A DNA stretch of 60,541 bases, filler included. It is 5 parts of 5 records of this genome, joined end to end, with 100 filler letters (N's around TTAATTAATTAA, not from the genome) between each part and the next. Parts side by side here need not be neighbours in the genome. Positions count along the whole stretch, not along the records: positions 28,021 to 40,554 come from SRR31156797_3787; 4 more parts are not named here. One strand, written 5' to 3'. Under the pieces are notes generated by a model. It ran no database searches. It saw only the letters and a program-made list of their open reading frames with translations, and had not been told where the DNA came from. Every line of letters starts with the position of its first letter. Position 1 is the first letter of the stretch. The translations under genes were made by a program, and so were the position numbers. Shown here piece by piece: positions 30,241-39,818 of the stretch.

Positions 30241-30536
30241 GGTGTCTCCGTTTCAGGCGCTGCCGCTTCCTGGATTTTGGCGGGGTCTTCCACCGAAAAA
30301 ATGGCAAATTCAGGGCATATGATTTCACAATAATGGCAGTTGACGCAATCATCCGGCTTTAACACCAACGGCGGATGGTATCCTTTTTTGTTAAACCGGG
30401 TTGAAAACTGCAGTACTTGCCTGGGACAGTATTCAATGCAGAAGCCGCACCCCTTGCAGCGGTCTTCAAGGATATGCACAATACCGACGGTGGTTTGAAT
30501 TTCTTCCGAATCGAACGGAACCCGCCATAAAACCAT
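30237..30536 (-). CDS. korD: Ferredoxin-like delta subunit, 2x[4Fe-4S]
   Basis: CKGCGFCIEYCP and CVNCHYCEIICPEFAI; ATGA overlap with alpha. Confidence 0.9.
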   Translation of the reverse strand: MVLWRVPFDSEEIQTTVGIVHILEDRCKGCGFCIEYCPRQVLQFSTRFNKKGYHPPLVLKPDDCVNCHYCEIICPEFAIFSVEDPAKIQEAAAPETETP

Positions 30537-30708
30537 TGGGTCATTCCTCTTATTTTGCGTGATTGTTATTATGGTTTGGCCGAAAATGTGTCACTATAGC
30601 ATCCCTTCAGAGCATGTCAAGACGTAATCTTCTTCAGAAAAGAAGACATGGGAGATACCGGCACATTTTTAAAGGGGGTTTCATTGATGAAACCGAATGG
30701 ATGGATAA

Positions 30709-31035
30709 TCAAGGCAAGCGATTCATTTTGTGCTTCAGGATATAATCGGCGCCCTGATAGTAGGCGATGGCCGTCAGGGAGAAGGGACCGTCGCTCTCCA
30801 CGGTTTTGATCCGGTTTTCCGTTTCAGGGTTTTCCATCAAATGGACCTTCTTGCCAGGTGAGAGGATCACCAGTTTTTTATCTTCGTAAAAAGGGATGAG
30901 GTTCTTCTTTTGCCCAAACCGGGCCAAGAAATCCGCACTCAGGCTTTCCACGCAGATGACGAAGACATTCAATCTCCGATCCTTCCGCAATCCGGGAACC
31001 TTCAAACGCGGTATGGCCCCGGCCGGATTTTCCAT
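30709..31035 (-). pseudogene. Remnant of an LTA-synthase/sulfatase-family gene (5' loss plus internal deletion)
   Basis: RLNVFVICVESLSADFL..FG...NL.P (start of the catalytic domain) is fused directly to KLVILSPGKKV...AIAYYQGADY (typical extreme C-terminus, from recollection). Confidence 0.5.
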
Positions 31036-31168
31036 GCTCCTTTTTCCCGACAAGGGGAAAAATTCTTTGCCTTTTTTTCGTGAGTCTGTTCAGATACCCC
31101 CTCACGATAACATACCCAAACCGAAGATCATGTCTTTATACAAGAATTTGTTCAAATAAGGACCCAAC

Positions 31169-32254
31169 ATGAGAGCAAAAGCAATTCCGGTCGTTGTTTT
31201 GTTGTGGCTTATGACACTGGGTATTTCTGCACAGACCGCCCATGGAAAAACATTGCGGGTTGCCACCCGGGAGACACCGCCTTTTTCTTTCAAAGGGGAA
31301 GGCGGCATCTGGCGCGGCATCAGCATAGAGCTATGGGAAAAAATCGCCGCTGCCAATCAATTCAGCTTCCAGTTTGAGGAAGCCACCATCGAGCAATTGC
31401 TGAATGGGTTACAGGATGGCACTTACGACCTTGCGGCCGCCGGGACAACCATTACATCAGACCGCATGAAGGTCCTCGATTTCAGCCAGCCCTTTATTTC
31501 ATCCTCCCTGGGGGTTGCTTTCATGGAAGAAGAAAACCCATGGCTGGAGGTGCTCGAAAATTTTTTCTCGTTTGGATTCCTGAAGATTCTGCTGTTGCTG
31601 GGGGTTGTTCTGCTCATGGCCGCCGTGGGAGTCTGGTATTTCGAGCGTCAAAAAAACGAAGAGTTCAGCGGCAAAACACACCATGCCTTAAGTGCCGCTT
31701 TCTGGTGGGCGGCCGTCACCATGACCACCGTGGGTTACGGCGACAAATCCCCACGGACCGTGGGCGGACGCGTCATTGGGTTTATTTGGATGTTCGTCAG
31801 CATCATCATTTTGACATCCTTTACCGCATCCATCGTATCAACCCTGACCATCGCCTCACACCCGACGGTAAAATCCATCGCATCCCTGGGAAATGAAAAA
31901 GTGGGTACCGTTAAAGGGAGTGCAAGCTGCGCATTACTTTTCCGATATAACATCAAACCGGTTCAATACGATGACTGTGAACGGATGATCCAGGCCCTCC
32001 TCAAGGAGAAAATTGACCATATCGTCTACGACCTGCCCGTTCTTCGATATTATGGCGCCGGACAGGGAGAACCATACAAGGTTGTACCCCTGAAGGATTT
32101 TCGTCAGGATTACGGATTTGCGTTTCCTTTGAACTCACCGCTAAGAAAACCCATCAACATTCAAATGCTTCGCATGCTTGACAGCCCGGTCTGGCGGGAA
32201 CTCCGTACCCGGCATCTGGGTGATTGGAAAACAGCGCAATTGTTCATGCGATAG
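31169..32254 (+). CDS. GluR0-type ligand-gated K+ channel (split SBP domain plus pore)
   Basis: Signal peptide, SBP_bac_3 lobe (PPFSF, GISIELW, TITSDR...DFSQP), M1, pore WWAAVTMTTVGYGD, M2, second lobe (QDYGFAFP.NSPLR). Confidence 0.9.
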   Translation: MRAKAIPVVVLLWLMTLGISAQTAHGKTLRVATRETPPFSFKGEGGIWRGISIELWEKIAAANQFSFQFEEATIEQLLNGLQDGTYDLAAAGTTITSDRMKVLDFSQPFISSSLGVAFMEEENPWLEVLENFFSFGFLKILLLLGVVLLMAAVGVWYFERQKNEEFSGKTHHALSAAFWWAAVTMTTVGYGDKSPRTVGGRVIGFIWMFVSIIILTSFTASIVSTLTIASHPTVKSIASLGNEKVGTVKGSASCALLFRYNIKPVQYDDCERMIQALLKEKIDHIVYDLPVLRYYGAGQGEPYKVVPLKDFRQDYGFAFPLNSPLRKPINIQMLRMLDSPVWRELRTRHLGDWKTAQLFMR

Positions 32255-32345
32255 CGCCGTTATCCCAAAAAATGGAAACCCGCGGATCCCGAGGGTGGTC
32301 CAGGTTGTTGACAGGGTGTACGGGGGTTGCTAGGATGCCGTTTTC

Positions 32346-32415
32346 AGATTTAAGATCTGAGGTATTAGGCGTAAGGTTTGAGCTTTCCATTAATAATATC
32401 TGGCACCTTACACCT
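32346..32415. repeat. Heptamer tandem array with downstream inverted partner
   Basis: AGATTTA AGATCTG AGGTATT AGGCGTA AGGTTTG ... TCTGGCA CCTTACA CCT. Confidence 0.6.
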
Positions 32416-32438
32416 TTTTTGAGCCGGAGCGAACCAAA

Positions 32439-33665
32439 ATGCCCGTTTATGAATACCGGGTCCTGGACAGGGCCGGCAAGAACCGGGACGGGATCATTGA
32501 TGCCGACAGCCCCATCGCGGCGAGGCAGAAATTAAGGGAGACTGGCTTTTTTCCGGTCAGCGTTAAGGCATCCGCTTCCTCCACCAAAGGGTCCGCTTCA
32601 ACCAAAACGGTTCGATGGCCTTTTTTTAAACGGATCAAACCGGGTGAACTGTCCGTTGCCACGCGTCAACTGGCGATTCTCCTGGGCGCCGGCATTACCC
32701 TGGTGGCATCCCTTGAAGCCATGCTCATGCAGGTTTCCAACCCGGCATTCAAGCGTGTGTTGGCCCAGATTAAAGAATCCGTCAATGAAGGGAACAGCCT
32801 GGCCCACGCCCTTTCCAATCACCCGAAGGTTTTCTCCAATGTTTATATCAACATGGTCCGGGCCGGAGAGGCCTCGGGCTCGCTCGAACTGGTGCTGCAC
32901 CGACTGGCCGATTTGAGCGAACAGGAGCAGGCGCTAAAGGGGCGTCTGAAAGCGGCCATGGCATATCCGGTTCTCATGAGTTTTGTGGGGGTGGTGGTGG
33001 TTTTTTTCCTGGTGGCCTTCGTGGTACCCAACGTCACCCGGATTTTCCATGAGATGCATCAGGCGCTGCCGCTACCCACCGTTGTTCTCATAGGGGTCAG
33101 CGGTTTCCTCATGAAGTTCTGGTGGCTGGTACTGGCCCTGGTCGCAGGGTTCATGGTTTTGTTCTGGCGGTTGAAAAATACCGAGAAAGGCCGATATGCA
33201 TGGGATCGTCTGAAACTGGCCATTCCCCTTGTGGGCGCATTTAATATCAAGACCGCGGTGGCGCGTTTTGCACGGACCCTGGGAAGTCTGCTTCAAAACG
33301 GCGTACCGCTTTTGACCGCCCTGAATATTGTCAAGAATGTGGTGGGAAACACACTTTTTGCGGAAGTTATCGACTCGGCAATGGATGCGGTTGAAAAAGG
33401 GAATGCCCTTGCCATAGCCATTACGGGGAACCGTTGTTTTCCGCCCATCGCCGTACAGATGATTTCGGCCGGGGAGCAAAGTGGCCATTTGGAAGAGATG
33501 CTGGATAAAATTGCGGATATGTATGAACGGGAGGTGGAATCCCAGGTCATGGCCATGACTTCCATGCTGGAACCCGTAATGATCCTGTTCATGGGCGTTA
33601 CCGTCGGTTTTATTGTTATCTCCATGCTGCTGCCGATCTTTGATTTAAACCAGATGATCCGATAG
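32439..33665 (+). CDS. gspF: T2SS inner-membrane platform protein F
   Basis: MPVYEY, TRQLAILLGAGI, AGEASGSL, AMAYP, GEQSGHLEEML, LEPVMI...LLPIF. Confidence 0.95.
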   Translation: MPVYEYRVLDRAGKNRDGIIDADSPIAARQKLRETGFFPVSVKASASSTKGSASTKTVRWPFFKRIKPGELSVATRQLAILLGAGITLVASLEAMLMQVSNPAFKRVLAQIKESVNEGNSLAHALSNHPKVFSNVYINMVRAGEASGSLELVLHRLADLSEQEQALKGRLKAAMAYPVLMSFVGVVVVFFLVAFVVPNVTRIFHEMHQALPLPTVVLIGVSGFLMKFWWLVLALVAGFMVLFWRLKNTEKGRYAWDRLKLAIPLVGAFNIKTAVARFARTLGSLLQNGVPLLTALNIVKNVVGNTLFAEVIDSAMDAVEKGNALAIAITGNRCFPPIAVQMISAGEQSGHLEEMLDKIADMYEREVESQVMAMTSMLEPVMILFMGVTVGFIVISMLLPIFDLNQMIR

Positions 33666-33694
33666 AAAAAGGCATCACACGAAAGGAACATGAC

Positions 33695-34138
33695 ATGTAC
33701 AGGAAGCGTTTGAACGCTCACGGTTTCACACTGATTGAACTGATGGTGGTCATCGTTATTCTGGGAATTCTGGCAGGTCTCATTATTCCACGGATAATGG
33801 GTAGGCCCGAGGAGGCCAGAAGGATGAAAGCCCGGGTGCAGATGGAGAGCGTGGAGACCGCGCTCAGGCTCTACAAACTGGACAATGGGGTTTATCCATC
33901 CACGGAACAGGGGCTGCAGGCACTTATTGAGGCACCCACCGTGGGAGAACTGCCAAGGGCCTGGCGCAAGGGCGGTTATCTTGAAAAGGGGAAGGTGCCC
34001 AAGGACCCGTGGGGCAATGAATACATATACCTCAGCCCGGGCCTTCATGACGATTTTGATCTTGTGAGTTACGGAACCGACGGCCAGCCCGGGGGAGAAG
34101 ACCACAACCAGGACGTTAACAGTTGGGACCAGGAATAA
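33695..34138 (+). CDS. gspG: T2SS major pseudopilin G
   Basis: G|FTLIELMVV prepilin site, YKLDNG.YPSTEQGLQAL, PKDPWGNEY, SYGTDGQPGGE. Confidence 0.97.
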   Translation: MYRKRLNAHGFTLIELMVVIVILGILAGLIIPRIMGRPEEARRMKARVQMESVETALRLYKLDNGVYPSTEQGLQALIEAPTVGELPRAWRKGGYLEKGKVPKDPWGNEYIYLSPGLHDDFDLVSYGTDGQPGGEDHNQDVNSWDQE

Positions 34139-34151
34139 AGGGCGCAAAACC

Positions 34152-34661
34152 TTGGCCCGTAACAATAAAGGCTTTACCTTAATGGAACTGGTGGTGGTGG
34201 TGGGTCTCATTGTCATGATGATCGGGTTGACCATGCCGCAGATTCGAAGCACCCTGTTGAGCGATGGATTAAAGCGCACCGCCCTTCGCATGGTGGGGCT
34301 GGCCGAAAATCTGAGAGACGAGGCCATACGGGAACATAAAACCTATGGCCTCCACATGGATATGGCGCGGCAGCAATACTGGGTCGGGTTTGCCGCCATG
34401 ACGGAGGAAGAGCAACTCCTTGCCGGAGAAAATGCTCAAAAACTCCCCCGCGATGTTCAAATCCTTGATGTCTGGTTCAAGGAAGGGGGTAAAGTGAGTG
34501 AAGGTGAAGCCGTCATCCTCTTTTTCAAAAAGGGATATGTTCAGCCTTCCGCCATTCATCTGGGCGGCGATGACGGCCGGCGATTCACCGTTGTGTTGAG
34601 CCCTTTTGGCGGCAAGGTGAAGGTGCTGGAAAAATATGTTGATTTCGAAAATGAGGAATAG
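34152..34661 (+). CDS. gspH: T2SS minor pseudopilin H
   Basis: G|FTLMELVVV; position after gspG; TTG start. Confidence 0.8.
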   Translation: MARNNKGFTLMELVVVVGLIVMMIGLTMPQIRSTLLSDGLKRTALRMVGLAENLRDEAIREHKTYGLHMDMARQQYWVGFAAMTEEEQLLAGENAQKLPRDVQILDVWFKEGGKVSEGEAVILFFKKGYVQPSAIHLGGDDGRRFTVVLSPFGGKVKVLEKYVDFENEE

Positions 34662-35088
34662 CTCCCCGGGATTTACGCTTCTGGAGGTCATGATCGCCGT
34701 TGCCGTGCTGACCATCGCCCTGGCGGCTATCCTGGGGTTGCAGTCAAAAAGCCTGTCCCTGGCATCTGAAAGCCGTTTCCATACCACCGCGGCCCTGCTG
34801 GCCCAGGGAAAAATGGCCGAAATGACGGTGGCCGGGATGGGAGATCTCACATCCGACACCGGAGATTTCGGTGATGTGTTCCCGGGGTACGCCTGGCGCT
34901 TGTCCGTTAAAAATGCCGATCTGCCCGGCCTTGAAAAGATGAAAGGCCGCCTCAAGCGGATCGACCTGGAAGTCACCTGCGGTGAAGGTACGCTTTTTCA
35001 ATATGATCTCAGGCTGTACCGGTTTTTTTCACCTGAAACCGTTAAAGAAACAGGGGAGGGAGGGCGGAAGACGGAGGACGGACAATGA
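34651..35088 (+). CDS. gspI: T2SS minor pseudopilin I
   Basis: G|FTLLEVMIAVAVL, A.LLAQGKMAE, GDFG..FPGY.W. Confidence 0.85.
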   Translation: MRNSSPGFTLLEVMIAVAVLTIALAAILGLQSKSLSLASESRFHTTAALLAQGKMAEMTVAGMGDLTSDTGDFGDVFPGYAWRLSVKNADLPGLEKMKGRLKRIDLEVTCGEGTLFQYDLRLYRFFSPETVKETGEGGRKTEDGQ

Positions 35089-35747
35089 AAGATCGGGGTT
35101 TCACGCTTCTTGAGATTCTTATCGCAATTTTCATACTTGTCCTGGTGGTATCTTCTGTTTTCGTTGCTTTTTCAGGAACTTTCAAGGTGGTGACCGAAAC
35201 CGAAGTTCAGGGAGAAATTTATGCCGCGGCCCGGGTGGCCCTGGAGCGGATTTCCGAGGATCTGACGTCCGTCTATGTGGACGGTTTGGCGAAAACGGAA
35301 CAAGCCGAAGCGGGTGCCACCCGGCAACGGTTTCTTTTCGTGGGGGAAGACCATAGGGTGGATGAACAAAGTGCGGATACGCTCCGGTTCCTCTCCTGGG
35401 GACATGTCTCCTTTAAAGCCGGGCGCCAGACGGAAGGGCCGGCGGAGATCAACTATTACACCCGATACGAGGAGGAAACCGGGGAGCTGACCCTTTACCG
35501 CTCCGATACCCCGGATTATCTGGAGAGCCCCGAAAACGGGCAGGGCGGCTTGCTTCTCTGTGAGGGGTTAAAATGGCTGGATTTCATTTATTACGACAGG
35601 GAAGGCGACGCCCACAATTCCTGGGACACCACGGAAAAGAGCCGCAACGCCGGATTGCCGTCACGGGTTGCGATCTCCATGGGGTTTGAAAATGTTCTTG
35701 ATCCGGAAAACCCGCTGCAATTTATGACAGGCGTTGCGTTGCCATAA
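35085..35747 (+). CDS. gspJ: T2SS minor pseudopilin J
   Basis: G|FTLLEILIAI, R.ALERISEDL, W..SWD...LPSRV.I. Confidence 0.85.
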   Translation: MKDRGFTLLEILIAIFILVLVVSSVFVAFSGTFKVVTETEVQGEIYAAARVALERISEDLTSVYVDGLAKTEQAEAGATRQRFLFVGEDHRVDEQSADTLRFLSWGHVSFKAGRQTEGPAEINYYTRYEEETGELTLYRSDTPDYLESPENGQGGLLLCEGLKWLDFIYYDREGDAHNSWDTTEKSRNAGLPSRVAISMGFENVLDPENPLQFMTGVALP

Positions 35748-35753
35748 CGGTAA

Positions 35754-35836
35754 CAGGGGGCAGGGTGCAGTTTTCAGGGGGCAGAAAAAGCAGCATTGAT
35801 TCAATCCTGCACCCTGACAACTGCACCCTGACAACT
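35754..35836. repeat. Inverted pair of heptamer tandem arrays between gspJ and gspK
   Basis: CAGGGGG CAGGGTG CAGTTTT CAGGGGG CAG ... CTGCACC CTGACAA CTGCACC CTGACAA CT. Confidence 0.75.
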
Positions 35837-35837
35837 T

Positions 35838-36863
35838 ATGACATGCCTTAAATCAAATTTCGTTTTGAAGGACCGGCAAGGTTTCGCCCTTGTCCTGACC
35901 CTTTTGATGATCAGCATGATATTGGTGGTGACCCTTCAGTTCAACCGCTCCGTGTGGTCCGGGCTTTATGGGTCCGGCAACCTCAAGGAAGCCGCCCGAC
36001 TGCGCCTGATGGCCCGTTCGGGATATGAGTGTGCCATGGCGGTCCTTTCAGAGGACAAGGAGCAGAATGACGTGGATACCCTTCGGGAACCCTGGGCCCA
36101 ATCGAGAGAGCTCTCCCTGCAATCAACCGCCCTGTTTGAAAATGGGCATTTCATGGTCGAAATTTCAGATCTTTGCGGGAAAATCCAGATCAACCGGCTC
36201 CTGGATGATCAAGGCAGGTGGCGCCCGGCACAAAAGGAGATGTTTCAGCGCTTCCTGCTGTCAAAACCGTTCGGCCTTGATCCGGATGAGGTTTCAAACC
36301 TGATGGATTTCATCAAAGACTGGATTGATCCGGATAACGAGGTAACCCGTTTCGGTGCCGAATCCGGTTATTACCAGGGCCTGGAGCCACCCTATTCCTG
36401 CGCCAACGGCCCCCTGGTATCATTGGACCGGCTGATTCTCATTAACGGCATTTCCGAAGAACTGGTTTACGGCACAGGGGAAAAGAAAGGAATCCTGCCC
36501 TATCTCAGCGTTTATGGGGACGGTAAAATCAATATCAATACAGCGGGACCGTTAATCCTGCAGGCCCTGTCAACGGAAATGAACGAGGAAATGGTTCGAG
36601 ATATGATCGCTTATCGGGAGGATCCCACAAATGACCTGGGCGACCCCAAATGGTACCAAAAAGTCCCCGGAATGGATCATATTGTTTTTGTGGACGATTT
36701 GTTGACCACCCAAAGCGATTATTTTGAAATCCGGTCAACGGGTGTTCAGGGAACCATGGAACAGCACCTGAGCGTATCGGTTTATAGGGAACCGGGAAAG
36801 CCGATTCAAATTCTGCAATGGAAAGCAGGCCCGGAGAATACGGACCCAGGGAATAAGAACTAA
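35838..36863 (+). CDS. gspK: T2SS minor pseudopilin K
   Basis: G|FALVLTL (no E5), D.L.EPWA, D..GKIQIN, DWIDPD, KININTA. Confidence 0.92.
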   Translation: MTCLKSNFVLKDRQGFALVLTLLMISMILVVTLQFNRSVWSGLYGSGNLKEAARLRLMARSGYECAMAVLSEDKEQNDVDTLREPWAQSRELSLQSTALFENGHFMVEISDLCGKIQINRLLDDQGRWRPAQKEMFQRFLLSKPFGLDPDEVSNLMDFIKDWIDPDNEVTRFGAESGYYQGLEPPYSCANGPLVSLDRLILINGISEELVYGTGEKKGILPYLSVYGDGKININTAGPLILQALSTEMNEEMVRDMIAYREDPTNDLGDPKWYQKVPGMDHIVFVDDLLTTQSDYFEIRSTGVQGTMEQHLSVSVYREPGKPIQILQWKAGPENTDPGNKN

Positions 36864-38332
36864 TGCACCCCAGCGTCACAGGCATCGATATCAATGACGA
36901 TTATCTAACCGCCGTCCAGGTAAACAAGGGATTCGGCGGATGGGAACTCACGGCCTGCGCCCGGATTCAAATGAAAGGGGAGGAGAGCCTCAACCAAGCG
37001 CTGGAGACCCTGTCCCAATCCATGAATCCGGCGGGAGGAGAGATCATTGTTGCCATTTCAGGGGCCGAAACCTATTATCGAAATCTGGCGGTCCCTTTTA
37101 AGGATAAGCGGAAACAACGGGAAGTTCTCCCCTTTGAGCTGGAGCCCAACGTCCCTTTTCCCATCGAGGATCTGGTCGTCGACTTTTTTTCCACGGACCG
37201 GTCCGATACATCGGAACTGCTGGCTTTTTTTGCCGAAAAACGGGTGATACGCCAAGTGCTGAATACATTTCAGTCCCATGACATTGATCCGGAGGTGTTG
37301 TGTGTTCGGTGTATCCCCATGGCCTTATGGCTGTTAAAAAAGGCGGAGACGTCAGACAACGGTATTTTGCTGGACCTGGGGGAAAAGAGAGCAACCCTGG
37401 TGCTGTGGCAGAAAAAACAGGTGGCATTGATCCGCACGTTTATCCATGGCAGTGGAACCGATTGCGGATTGCCCATTGCTGATTGCGGAGATCCGCCATC
37501 AGGGACTTTCCGTACCATTTTGAATACCGTGCGCAACACGGTTCACGCCTTCGGGGTCGAAAGAAAGGGCTTTGAAGCCCCTGAAAAGGTTTTCTTGACC
37601 GGCCAGGGTGCCACACAACCCGGGATATCCCAATGCGTAGCCGGAACATTGGGGATTCCCGCTGAAAGGGTCGATCTGTGTGAAGACAACCGGATTCAAC
37701 TGGGGGAACACGCAGAACCGGTATGGGACCCTTCACGCATGGACAGCGCCCTTTCCCTGGTATTGGGCTATTCCGCCAAAGGATTGGGGCCGAACCTCAG
37801 GAAAAATGAATTTTCGGTCAAGAAAAGATCGTTTTATCGTTCCAAAATCTTCCGGAGGGTTGCGGTCTGGCTCCTGTTGATCGCCACCCTCTGGGGTGTT
37901 GATACGGGGGTAAATACCTATTTTCTGAAACAGCGGGCGGAAGCCCTTGACCATCGGATTCTGCTCCTGTTCAAAAAAACATTTCCCCACATAACCCGCA
38001 TCGTGGATCCCGTTAAACAGGCACAGATCGAAATAAATGGGTTGAAGCGCGTCTCAAAGCCGGGACAGGTGGTGGGAATGAGCGGCAGGGCCCTTGATCT
38101 GTTGCTGGAGATTTCCGAACGACTTCCCGGTGCCATGAATTTGAAAGTATCACGCCTGGTAATCGATCCCAACTCCGTCAGGATCAAGGGCAATACCGAT
38201 ACCTACAACACGGTGGATCGGGTAAAGCAGGGTCTTGAAAAATCGTCCCTTTTTAAGACCACAACCATCAGTTCCGCCAATCTGGATCGGGGAAAGAACA
38301 GGGTTTTGTTTGAGATTAAGCTGGGAAGATGA
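36863..38332 (+). CDS. gspL: T2SS protein L (PilM-like cytoplasmic plus PilN-like periplasmic)
   Basis: GIDI, VPFKD....EVLPFELE..VPF, LLDLG, FLTGQGA, NLRKNEF followed by one TM helix. Confidence 0.85.
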   Translation: MHPSVTGIDINDDYLTAVQVNKGFGGWELTACARIQMKGEESLNQALETLSQSMNPAGGEIIVAISGAETYYRNLAVPFKDKRKQREVLPFELEPNVPFPIEDLVVDFFSTDRSDTSELLAFFAEKRVIRQVLNTFQSHDIDPEVLCVRCIPMALWLLKKAETSDNGILLDLGEKRATLVLWQKKQVALIRTFIHGSGTDCGLPIADCGDPPSGTFRTILNTVRNTVHAFGVERKGFEAPEKVFLTGQGATQPGISQCVAGTLGIPAERVDLCEDNRIQLGEHAEPVWDPSRMDSALSLVLGYSAKGLGPNLRKNEFSVKKRSFYRSKIFRRVAVWLLLIATLWGVDTGVNTYFLKQRAEALDHRILLLFKKTFPHITRIVDPVKQAQIEINGLKRVSKPGQVVGMSGRALDLLLEISERLPGAMNLKVSRLVIDPNSVRIKGNTDTYNTVDRVKQGLEKSSLFKTTTISSANLDRGKNRVLFEIKLGR

Positions 38333-38356
38333 TTGGATTCTAAGGTGCGGTAGAAG

Positions 38357-38878
38357 ATGCAATTAGGGAAACGGGAAAAACTTTTTGTTCAACTGGCGGC
38401 CTTTACGGTAACAGCCTTCTGTCTTCTTCAATTTGTGGTCTTTCCCATGGTGGAGGAGCATAAACGCCTGAAAAAGAGCATCGTTACAAAGGAGAAGGGG
38501 TTGGAAAAAATGGTTCGCCTCTCTGGGGAATACGCAGTTCTCAAACAGAAATCCCATACCGCGGAAAATGTTATCAGAAAACGGTCGCCCGGGTTTACCC
38601 TTTTCTCATTCCTTGAAAAGGCTGCGGGCAAAGCCGGGGTCAAACGCCATATTAAATACATGAAACCCTCTTCGTCAAAGGGTGAAGGTGGGTGGAAAGA
38701 AACCATGGTGGAAATGAAGCTGGACAAAATTTCCCTCAAACGACTCATGGATTACTTATATCTCATTGAATTGTCCGGAAAAGCCATTCAAATCAAACGG
38801 TGCGCCATCACCGAAAACAAAGGACGGAAAGGGACGCTGGACGTGGTCCTGCAGGCGGTCACCTTCGAACCTCCGTAG
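38357..38878 (+). CDS. gspM: T2SS protein M
   Basis: L..REK plus N-terminal TM, FTLFSFLE, IKYMKP, VEMKL..ISL..L.DYL; position. Confidence 0.8.
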   Translation: MQLGKREKLFVQLAAFTVTAFCLLQFVVFPMVEEHKRLKKSIVTKEKGLEKMVRLSGEYAVLKQKSHTAENVIRKRSPGFTLFSFLEKAAGKAGVKRHIKYMKPSSSKGEGGWKETMVEMKLDKISLKRLMDYLYLIELSGKAIQIKRCAITENKGRKGTLDVVLQAVTFEPP

Positions 38879-38879
38879 G

Positions 38880-38906
38880 CACCTTATACTTTAAACCTTA
38901 AAACCT
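38880..38906. repeat. Short heptamer array between gspM and gspN
   Basis: CA CCTTATA CTTTAAA CCTTAAA ACCT. Confidence 0.45.
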
Positions 38907-38915
38907 GATGAAAGA

Positions 38916-39797
38916 ATGAAAAAAAGGTTCCTAAAATACACAGGCTACATCATTTACGCCATTCTGGTGACGGTGGTACTCCTCTATTACCGCTTCCCAT
39001 CAGAAGCATTACAATCGCATCTGGTTCGAATGGCGGGCCGGATGGACCCCGGGATTATTTTTTCCGCCCGATCTCTCAATCCATCCTTTCCGCCCGGGTT
39101 GCGGCTGGAGAAACCGGTCTTTTCCCTGAAAAAACGTCCCGAAACCGCTTTTTTTGAAGCACGGCACCTGTCCGTGGGTCCCGGTATGGGGTCATTTATT
39201 CTGGGAGACACCGACTGGTTTTTTGATGCCCAAGCTTACGGCGGCGTCATCAACGGCCATATCCGGTCAGGAGAGGACGGCGAAATAGACGGGTTTTTTC
39301 TATCCCTTAAAAATATCCGCATTCATGAATATACGTTTTTGCCCCATTTCGGGGTTGGTGATTTTGCAGGAAACCTTAAAGGAAACATCACCTATAACGG
39401 CCCTCCGGATCGGATCGTGCAAGGGGACGGAGCCGGGGATATTCTTATTTCAGGAGGAAAGATAGACCTGATGAACCCCTTTCTGGGCCTTGAAACCATC
39501 CCCTTTGGAAAATTAAACGCCCGATTCACCCTTAAAAAGGGAACCATCAATCTGACTTCCGTTTCCCTTGATGGAAAGGGGTTTCAGGGTTCCCTTTCCG
39601 GAACAATTCGTCTAAACCGGATCACGGACCGAAGCCGGCTCAATTTGAGGGGAACCATCAAACCCATTGCGACTTTTTTAGAAACCCTGAAAGGGGGTCC
39701 GGCCTTGCTGAGCCTTTTTGGAAAGGGGCGAAAAGACGCGAAACGGTCCTTCGTCATTCAAGGTACCTTCAGGTCACCCAAATTTCGTTTCACCTAA
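38916..39797 (+). CDS. gspN: T2SS protein N (deltaproteobacterial type)
   Basis: N-terminal TM ending YRFPS, AYGG, beta-rich body, GTFRSP tail; position. Confidence 0.8.
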   Translation: MKKRFLKYTGYIIYAILVTVVLLYYRFPSEALQSHLVRMAGRMDPGIIFSARSLNPSFPPGLRLEKPVFSLKKRPETAFFEARHLSVGPGMGSFILGDTDWFFDAQAYGGVINGHIRSGEDGEIDGFFLSLKNIRIHEYTFLPHFGVGDFAGNLKGNITYNGPPDRIVQGDGAGDILISGGKIDLMNPFLGLETIPFGKLNARFTLKKGTINLTSVSLDGKGFQGSLSGTIRLNRITDRSRLNLRGTIKPIATFLETLKGGPALLSLFGKGRKDAKRSFVIQGTFRSPKFRFT

Positions 39798-39818
39798 ATA
39801 TTTGGTTCTTTTGGAAAT

